A DNA stretch of 64,000 nt from Salpingoeca rosetta (lineage: Eukaryota; Protista; Choanoflagellata): the NCBI GenBank assembly GCA_033442325.1, contig JAWQFM010000003.1:1-64000 (forward strand), in the 5' to 3' direction. A program made the position numbers and the translations under genes. Every line of letters starts with the position of its first letter. The first letter of the stretch is position 1. Below are positions 52,373 through 64,000 of the stretch, in pieces. The notes under the pieces were generated by a model. The model did not search any database and had not been told where the DNA came from. It saw only the letters and a list, made by a program, of their open reading frames with translations.

Positions 52373-52776
52373 CCTCACCCCACCCCACTCCATCCCCCTT
52401 GATTTTGTCACACACAACAACGATACCTGCAAACACCAGGTCATGTGGGTAGGGTAGTCGTATGTAATGTAATGTACTCGGAAGGAATTCCGAGGAAAAG
52501 AGAGAAAAAAAGAAAAAGATGGCAGGCGTGCCATGCAACAATCAGTCAGACAACACAGGGTCAGAGCACTGGCAACACAAACAACCAAATCGCTCAAGCA
52601 GCGATCACCATACGCAAATCAGTGCGCTTGAGCGTGGTAGGTAGAGCAGGGAGAGAGGGGAGAAATTGGAGGGAGGAAGAGACGTTGCAAACAAACCAAC
52701 AAGCGAACAAAGCCAAAAAAAGGCAGCAGGGGTGGCCACAAATGAATGCTGTGTTTGTGTTTGTGTGTGTGTGTGC

Positions 52777-54942
52777 TTAGTCGACCTCCTCCATCTCGCC
52801 GGCGTCATCGACGTCGTCCTCAGCCTCCTCGAGGTTGGGCATGTCGTCGCCAGTATCGGCCGTCTCCTCAGCGGGCTCGTCGGCGTCAAGGCCAAGGCCA
52901 AGCTGGATCATGCGGTAGATGCGGCCAGAGTAGGAGCTGGTGTCCTCCAGGCTGAAGCCAGAGTCCATGAGCGCCGTGTCAAAGAGGAGGAAGATGAGGT
53001 CCTTGACGGCGCGGTCGTTCTCGTCCTTCTCCACCTTATCGTGCAGGGCCTTGACAATGGGGTGGTCCGGGTTGATCTCCAGATGCTTCTTGGCGGCCAT
53101 GTAGCCCATGGTGGACGTGTCGCGCAGGGCCTGCGCCTTCATGATGCGCTCCATGTTGGCGGACCAGCCAAACTGGCCGGTGACGATGCAGCAGGGGGAC
53201 TTGACGAGGCGGTTGGAGACGGTGACCTTCTCCACCTTCTTGTCCAGGACGTCCTTCATGACCTTGCACAGGTGCTCGTACTTGGCCTTGGCCTCCTCAA
53301 ACTTCTTCTTCTCCTCCTCGTCCTCGGGGAGCTCGAGGCCCTCCTTGGTGACGGAGACGAGCTTCTTGCCGTCGTACTCCTTGACCTGGTTCACCATGTA
53401 CTCGTCAATGGGGTCGACGAGGTACAGCACCTCGTAGCCGCGGGCCTTGACGCGCTCCACAAAGGCTGAGTTGGCCACGGCCTCCTTGGACTCGCCGGTG
53501 ATGTAGTAGATGTCGTTCTGGTTCTCCTTCATGCGCGACACGTAGTCCTTGAAGGACACGAGGTCCTCGCCGCTGGAGGAGGGGAAGCGGAGGAGGTCGA
53601 GCAGCTTCTTGCGGTTGACGCTGTCCTCATGCACGCCGAGCTTGAGGTTCTTGCCAAAGGCCTCGTAGAACTTCTTGAAGTTGTCCTCGTCCTCGGCAAT
53701 CTCGTTGAAGAGCTCCAGGCACTTCTTGACAATGTTCTTGCGGATGACCTTGAGAATCTTCGACTGCTGGAGCATCTCGCGGGAGATGTTGAGGGGAAGG
53801 TCCTCAGAGTCGACGACGCCGCGGACAAAGTTGAGCCAGTCCGGGATGAGCTCCTCGCAGTTGTCCATGATGAAGACGCGGCGCACGTACAGCTTGATGT
53901 TGTTCCTCTGCTTCTTGTTCTCAAACATGTCAAAGGGCGCGCGGCGGGGAACAAAGAGCAGGGCCTTAAACTCGAGCTGGCCCTCGACGGAGAAGTGCTT
54001 CACGGCAAGGTGCTCCTCCCAGTCGTTGGTCAGGCTCTTGTAGAAGGCGGCGTAGTCGTCGTTGCTGATCGAGTCCGGGTTGCGGGTCCAGATAGGCTTG
54101 GTCTTGTTCAGCTCCTCAAACTCATTGTACTTCTCCTTCACCGTCTTCTTGGCCTTCTTCTCCTCCTCGTCATCCTCGCCCTCCTTCTTCTCCTCGTCGT
54201 CCTTGACCTCCTCAATCTTGGGCTTCTCCTCGTCCTCCTCCTTATCCTCGTCCTTCTTCTCCTCCTCCTCCTCTTCCTCGTCCTCGGCCTCAACCTCGCG
54301 CTCCTTCTCAACCTGCAGACGGATCGGGTAGCCGATGAACTGCGAGTGCTTCTTCACAATGTCCTTGATGCGCTTCTCCTCGAGATACTCGAGCTGGTCC
54401 TCCTTGAGCTGCAGGGTGATGGCGGTCCCGCGCTTGACAATGCCAGAGTTGTCGGACTCGACGGTGAAGGAGCCACCAGCGCTGGAGGTCCACAGGTACG
54501 CCTCGTCGTCGTTGTGCTTGGTGCGCACCTGCACCGTCTCCGCAACGAGGAAGGCTGAGTAGAAACCGACACCAAACTGGCCAATCATGGAGATGTCGGC
54601 GCCAGCCTGCAGGGCCTCCATAAACGACTTGGTGCCGGAGCGGGCAATGGTACCGAGGTTGTTGATGAGGTCCGACTTGGTCATGCCGATACCGGTGTCG
54701 CGGATGGTGAGCGTCTTGTTCTCCTTGTCGGGGATGATGTCGATGCGCAGCTCCTTCTCCTCGTCGAGGGCGTGGGGGTCCGTGAGCGACTGGTAGCGGA
54801 TCTTGTCCAGGGCATCGGACGAGTTGGAGATGAGCTCGCGAAGGAAAATCTCCTTGTTGCTGTAGAATGTGTTGATGATCAGGCTCATCAGCTGAGCAAT
54901 CTCAGCCTGGAAGGCGAAGGTCTCGGAGTTGTTGTCAGCCAT
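52777..54942 (-). CDS. HSP90: Cytosolic heat shock protein 90 (721 aa, intronless CDS)
   Basis: [54 protein letters not shown] and C-terminal MEEVD. The true start is MADNN at 54942. Confidence 0.99.
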   Translation of the reverse strand: MADNNSETFAFQAEIAQLMSLIINTFYSNKEIFLRELISNSSDALDKIRYQSLTDPHALDEEKELRIDIIPDKENKTLTIRDTGIGMTKSDLINNLGTIARSGTKSFMEALQAGADISMIGQFGVGFYSAFLVAETVQVRTKHNDDEAYLWTSSAGGSFTVESDNSGIVKRGTAITLQLKEDQLEYLEEKRIKDIVKKHSQFIGYPIRLQVEKEREVEAEDEEEEEEEKKDEDKEEDEEKPKIEEVKDDEEKKEGEDDEEEKKAKKTVKEKYNEFEELNKTKPIWTRNPDSISNDDYAAFYKSLTNDWEEHLAVKHFSVEGQLEFKALLFVPRRAPFDMFENKKQRNNIKLYVRRVFIMDNCEELIPDWLNFVRGVVDSEDLPLNISREMLQQSKILKVIRKNIVKKCLELFNEIAEDEDNFKKFYEAFGKNLKLGVHEDSVNRKKLLDLLRFPSSSGEDLVSFKDYVSRMKENQNDIYYITGESKEAVANSAFVERVKARGYEVLYLVDPIDEYMVNQVKEYDGKKLVSVTKEGLELPEDEEEKKKFEEAKAKYEHLCKVMKDVLDKKVEKVTVSNRLVKSPCCIVTGQFGWSANMERIMKAQALRDTSTMGYMAAKKHLEINPDHPIVKALHDKVEKDENDRAVKDLIFLLFDTALMDSGFSLEDTSSYSGRIYRMIQLGLGLDADEPAEETADTGDDMPNLEEAEDDVDDAGEMEEVD

Positions 54943-55717
54943 GGCTGCGGGTTTGGTGTTGTTGGTGGCGTCTTCTGTTGAAGAAGAGGGGGGGGGAGGG
55001 CGAAAGGCAGGAAGAAAAAGGGAGAGACAGCAAAAGAGGCGCGCGTGCGTGCGAGTGTCACAAAAGGATAGTGGCAATCAAATCAATAAACAATAAAAGG
55101 AGGCACGAAGGTGATTGATGAATGAACGAGTGAGTGAGTGAGTGGATGGGTGAGTGAAGAATGGGTAGTTGTGTGCGGTGTCAGAAATGTATGTGCGTGC
55201 GAGTGTGCGAGTGTGCGAGTGTGGTCGTTGTTAGGACGTGAAGCCACGTGGACACAAGAAGTTGATTGACAGATGGTGAAGCTGCTCAACGATACAGCGG
55301 TGTGAAGAAAATGAAGCGTGCAACCACCCCTGGGTCGCCAACAACAATCACCACCACCACCACCAACGCAACAGCCACCACCTCAAGCAAGCAGGCAACA
55401 CACAGCGCAAAGCAGCGAAGGGCCTCACCTGTCGACAAAAAAGCGGAGGGCGGCGGTCACTGTCCACGCGGGCGTTTGTGTGAGTCTGATGCAGGCGGCG
55501 AAAACCACGGAAAAGTGAAGCGCTTGCCACGTGAGTCCACAAAGAAACTGGCAGAAGCAGCGAACAGAACAAAGCACCTGTGTTTGTGTGTGCTTGGCTT
55601 CCTGCGGCTTCTTGCTTCGCCTTGTTGCTTCTAGTGTGTGTTGTATTTTTCCAGCATCTTCCACCCACTATTGCTTTGTGCAGCCACGTGTGTGGTTTTG
55701 TGCGCGATCCACATCAG

Positions 55718-55732
55718 CGAATCTTCTCGAAC
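55718..55732. promoter_or_regulatory. Heat-shock element nGAAnnTTCnnGAAn upstream of HSP90
   Basis: cGAAtcTTCtcGAAc is a perfect three-unit HSE. A CCAAT lies about 45 bp further upstream. Confidence 0.75.
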
Positions 55733-55924
55733 AGCACCCAGTACCGACTGAATCTAGTCTGGCCTTTTCCTAGGCCAATTGCATCATTGCGGCGCAGTGC
55801 AAAGACAGCAGCAACTTGGTGAGGCTGATGATGCGTGAGTGTGTCTGAGTCTGTGTCTGTGTTGCAGTGCATGAGGCGATGCAGTGGGTGCCTTGCATGA
55901 GTGTGTATGCTGTATGCTGCTGTT

Positions 55925-55925
<1 letters not shown>

Positions 55926-56020
<95 letters not shown>

Positions 56021-56021
56021 T
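55926..56021. repeat. (CT)n followed by (GT)n microsatellite
   Basis: Direct reading. Confidence 0.95.
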
Positions 56022-56392
56022 GGCTCACAATCCAGCGTTGCACCTGCTGCACCTTCACCCCCCCCCCACTTAACACCAACCAAACATCTGCAGCAGTCAG
56101 CGCACACCAAGGAGACAAACACCAACACCAACAACCATGGACGGAGGTGCAACTGCAAAGCGGACGGCCGCCACTGATGACCAAAACGGCAAGAAGGTAG
56201 ACAAGTGTGCGTGTGCACGCGCGTGTGTTTATGCATGAGTGGATATAATTGTGATCTGTTTGTCATCACTGCAGCAACAATGTGACTTTAGTGATGATCT
56301 GGAACAGCACACAGTGCAGCATTCAATGATCACGTGAACAACACACACACACACACGCACATGTACGGAACATCCACATCCACGCAAGTGAA

Positions 56393-56622
<230 letters not shown>

Positions 56623-56677
56623 CCTGCACACTCACTGCGCTGCACCTCACACATCACACATCACAACACAGGCCAAA

Positions 56678-60051
<3,374 letters not shown>

Positions 60052-61013
60052 GCGCCCTTGCGTGCGTTCGCGCGCAGTTTTATGTGTCAGTGTGCGGGTG
60101 TGGATGGACACATGTAGCCGCGCGCTGAACTCTTTGCACGTGTGCGTGCGTGTCGGTCTTGTGGAGGGGTTGGCTCGTCTCTTTCGTTGTTGGTTGCTGA
60201 CTTCTCGCACGACCTCCTCCCTGCCTTGCTCTTTCCCTTTTGCTTTGCGTTTTTGGGTCGATTTTTAATGAATACCACGACCAATACTCCGCAGCGACAT
60301 CTCAGCGAATTTTTTTTTATTTCGCGGGTGCGGGTTGAGAGGAGAACACAACAACAACAGACCACACAAGAAGCGATAAGCACCAACAACCCAGCCAGAG
60401 GAGACAGGCAACAACAACAGACTTTGACTTGGCTGCCTGCCTACCCTCCGCAACCGCCACACAAACAAAGAGCACACCAAGCACGAAACAGCCCAAGGTG
60501 AGCCGGCGTGCGATGTGTACGTGTGCACACTTGTGACTGTGTTGTCGTTTGGGGGGGGGGGGTTTCTCGTGTCGGATGCGTTGAGTGCGGCTCCGCACCT
60601 ACTTTGGCTTTGGTCCGGGTGATGTTCTCAACACAGCGGTGTGATGTGATGGGATGCGACCCTGGTTCCCCAGCTGGCTTGCCTTGTCGTGCACCCACCA
60701 CTCATCTCTCCGCCCACGCTTTCTCATGCTGGTGCCGTGGCTTGTGCGGAAGCCCAGACACCCAATTCACCAAACAGCGTGGACACAAGCCAGCTGTTGG
60801 ATTTGCACAGCGTCCCTGTTCCGTTTCCAAGCCAGCCGGTGAAACGCCCCGTCCGAGTTCCGAAGGGATAACGCGTTCACAAACGTCCGATCCGGGTGCT
60901 GGTTCGTATTCACCCCCCTCCCCCTTAGCCCACGCCCAAGTCAGGTTTGTTGTTTCGCATTGATGCGCCTTGTGGGGGACGCGTTGGGATCATGGCGCTT
61001 ATCGCTGCTTCAT

Positions 61014-61014
61014 C

Positions 61015-61100
<86 letters not shown>
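61014..61100. repeat. (CAA)n trinucleotide tract
   Basis: Direct reading. Confidence 0.95.
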
Positions 61101-61228
61101 GGGTGGTGTCGTTGTTTGCCTTGGTGATGCAGGAGTGATTGGTTTGGCTCGGAACCTGGCTTTGATGGGCCTGGTTTGCGGTTGGGCTGAGGGTTCGTCA
61201 CGTCTCACACCCTGTTCCGCTCTGTCTC

Positions 61229-61287
<59 letters not shown>

Positions 61288-61631
61288 GCATGATTCCCCC
61301 TACAACCCACAGCCAGGGTACAACTGTGACCCTCACCTCTGCGGCCGCCCGTGGCATGACGCCAGTGGTGGGTCGACCCTTGCCCCGCACCACACACACC
61401 TTGTGCTATTATTGTTTCTGCACCCGCGTGCATCTCGATCCCATTTTGCACTCCAACTTGCTCTTGCTGATCGTCGCCACCGTGTTTCTCTCACTGCCGG
61501 AGATCACTCCCCAAGACGCCCCGTTGCTTGTTACGCTGCCCGTGTGCTTGTGTTGACCTCCCGCGTTTCTGTACGTGTGCGTCGCTGCTGTAACAACAAC
61601 AGTGGCCGTTCCGCTTGGAAGATACAACACC

Positions 61632-62531
61632 ATGGCAGAACATGTCAAATTCATGGAAGCGCCCGAACCGCGGCGGCCAGCCTCAGCGGTAACGTCACCC
61701 CCCCCCCCTTATCACACACATGCCGCCTGTTTGAGCAATGCGGCTGCACCCATTCGCGTCCCTAACCGCTGCGCTTGTGCTCGTGTATGTGTGTGTGTGT
61801 GCGTGTGTGTATGTGTATGTGTGTGTGTGTGTGTTGACAGTCACAAAAAACACGGCAGCCCCACGTGGCACAGCCCGCGTTCCCTGTAGTGGAGGGCCCG
61901 CCCGTCGAGGCTGACGAACGGTGCGTTGAATCGCAACCGGCATGAGACGGGCTGGCGTCGAGTGTTGAGCCGAGCACACCCGAAATATCACACACACCCG
62001 AAATATCACACACACGCACACACACACACACACACTCTCTCTCTCTCCCATTCACTCACTCACTCACCTATGGTGATATGGGTGCTTGTGTAATGCGTGC
62101 AGGATTGTGCCGCAGTCGATTGTGTTACCATCTTCGTTGATTGACGAGGCCAAGAAAGAGAGCAAAGAGCTTGTGCCTTTGCCCCTCCTCTCCGTGCAAC
62201 GCGATGGAGAGGTGCGTAACCTTGTTATGCGCGTGAGTGTAAGCGTGTTTGTTCGTGTATGTGCATGTATGTGTGTGTGTGTGAGTGTGAGTGTGATGGA
62301 GGTGCTCTGTTGTGGGGTCAACGGGACCGCCATGCTGATGAATTGCATCCGCCTCGGCTGCGTGTGCCGTGCCAGGTTGTACCGCCGACGGCAAAACCGT
62401 CGTGGAGAACGCTGCTGCAGTCGCCGTTGGGCTCCTTCCTCACAGGCATCAAACCAAGGGCAACCTTCATTCAGCTCGCAGGGCACAAAGGTCCGTCATC
62501 TGCTGTGATGCGTGTGTGTGTGTGTGTGTGT

Positions 62532-62581
<50 letters not shown>

Positions 62582-63462
62582 CTGCCTGCCTGCGTTGCCG
62601 TTCTTCCTACTTTTACCATGTCGTGCCCGTTCTTATGCTTATGTGTGTGTATGTGTGCACTGCAGGCGACTTTGTGTCCGGTCAGGGTGGCGTCATCTAC
62701 AAGAAATCATCACAACTCGAAAAGGCTGCGCTCGAGGTCCGCGTTGTATGCGTGTGTGTGTGTGTGTGCATCACACATGGCGTTGCACTCTGCATGTGTG
62801 TTCATGTGCATGGCGCATTGCGTTGCTCTCTGCATGTGTGTGCACAGGAGCTGATGAGCGACACATTGAAGCACTCGGTGCCGCTGTACTTCAAACCGGT
62901 CATGTTGCGCGACGAAGACAACAATCCCGTCGAGTACCTCGAGCTCCAGGTCCCCACCCGCAGGATGTGTGCCTGTGTGTCTGTGTGTGTCTGTGCGTGT
63001 GTGTGTGTGTGTGTGTGTCTGTCTGTGTGTGCCTGGGTGTGTGTTTTCACATGGAGGTATGCGTTGTGCCACACTCGCTTGCCTCGCGCTCGTCTGCGTC
63101 CTTCTGCTCATCTGCATACCTGCAACATAACAGGATCTCCTGTGCCTGTTCGACGATCCATCTGTAATGGACGTGAAAATGGTGCGGCCAACTTTACATG
63201 CGCACACAACCGCACGCACGCACATGCACATGCAAACAAACGCTGCTGAATGGATTTCGTGCCCACGTGCGTCCCTCATGACGCGTGCTCATCGCTGTGC
63301 GCATGTGTGTCCGGTTCTCTGCAGGGCGTACGGACGTTTCAAGAGGTCGAGGTCTCCAAAACAAAGAGACGGATGGTGAGCCGTTTGCAACTGCGCTTGC
63401 TTGTCTGCTCGCTATCAAATGAACGTGTGCGTGTGCTTGCTTGCTACCTTGTATGTGTGCAT

Positions 63463-63510
<48 letters not shown>

Positions 63511-63715
63511 AGGCTCACGCGTGTGCCTGCATACCACACCACCTGCGCCTGCTGACCGCTGCGAATGCCATAATAGGATCTGCTTGGGAAGATGGTCAAG
63601 CTGGATCCGGACGAACCGTCCGAGGAGGAGAAGCGCGTCGGCATCACAAAAGCAAGGTGGGCACGTGCACGTGTACGTGCATACACACACGCACACGCAC
63701 ACGCACACACGCACG

Positions 63716-63800
<85 letters not shown>

Positions 63801-64000
63801 TTGGCGGTGCTATGTTGCGCAAGTGGACGTGTGCCTTGTGTGTGCGTGTGTAAACTGCGATTTTGGGTTTGTGGTTTTGGACTCAAAAGAACCAGGTCGT
63901 CATGCGACTGCAGATGTGCCCTCCCATTCATACACACGCACATATTCAACCGCAACCACGCTCTCACGCATGCATGCTTTCATGGACGTGGCCCTGCTTG
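61632..64000 (+). CDS. ITPK: Inositol-1,4,5-trisphosphate 3-kinase, 5' part; continues beyond the window
   Basis: KPSWRTLLQSPLGSF, FIQLAGHKGDF, IYKK...E..ALEELMSD.L...VP.Y, YLELQDLL..FDDPSVMDVKMGVRTF (PxxxDxKxG), DLLGKMVKLDPDEPSEEEKRVGITKAR. The start codon is tentative. Confidence 0.88.

Noticed and set aside
54943-55077. 45-aa N-terminal extension of HSP90 in the ORF track
   Set aside because: It starts at a non-ATG codon inside the probable 5'-UTR intron; family homology begins at MADNN.
60780-60960. GC-rich non-repetitive island between PAH and ITPK as a possible ncRNA
   Set aside because: No tRNA cloverleaf, box motifs or convincing stems found by eye; may simply be promoter sequence.

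Overview
Eukaryotic, intron-rich genomic DNA with introns full of (CA)n/(TG)n microsatellites. Gene content and style suggest a unicellular holozoan, most likely the choanoflagellate Salpingoeca rosetta (inference only). Most ORFs in the supplied track are microsatellite artefacts, so real genes were rebuilt exon by exon. From left to right: (1) a Ty3/gypsy (chromovirus-like) LTR retrotransposon (5' LTR, PBS, gag, protease) with a clear -1 ribosomal frameshift signal, inserted antisense into the RT of a Ty1/copia element; (2) an iRhom-architecture rhomboid that keeps the catalytic Ser and His and lacks the iRhom GPx proline, which is the top finding; (3) ANAPC4, an internally incomplete MAD1 and a NEK kinase side by side; (4) Tim8, an EngB/GTPBP8 GTPase, MYG1, a CCDC138-like protein and MNAT1, which spans a 273-N gap; (5) two uncharacterised membrane proteins; (6) PDI with a UPRE-like site and a structured intron, and cytosolic HSP90 with a perfect HSE; (7) phenylalanine hydroxylase; (8) the 5' part of an inositol-trisphosphate 3-kinase. 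Homology calls come from remembered family motifs, not database searches.
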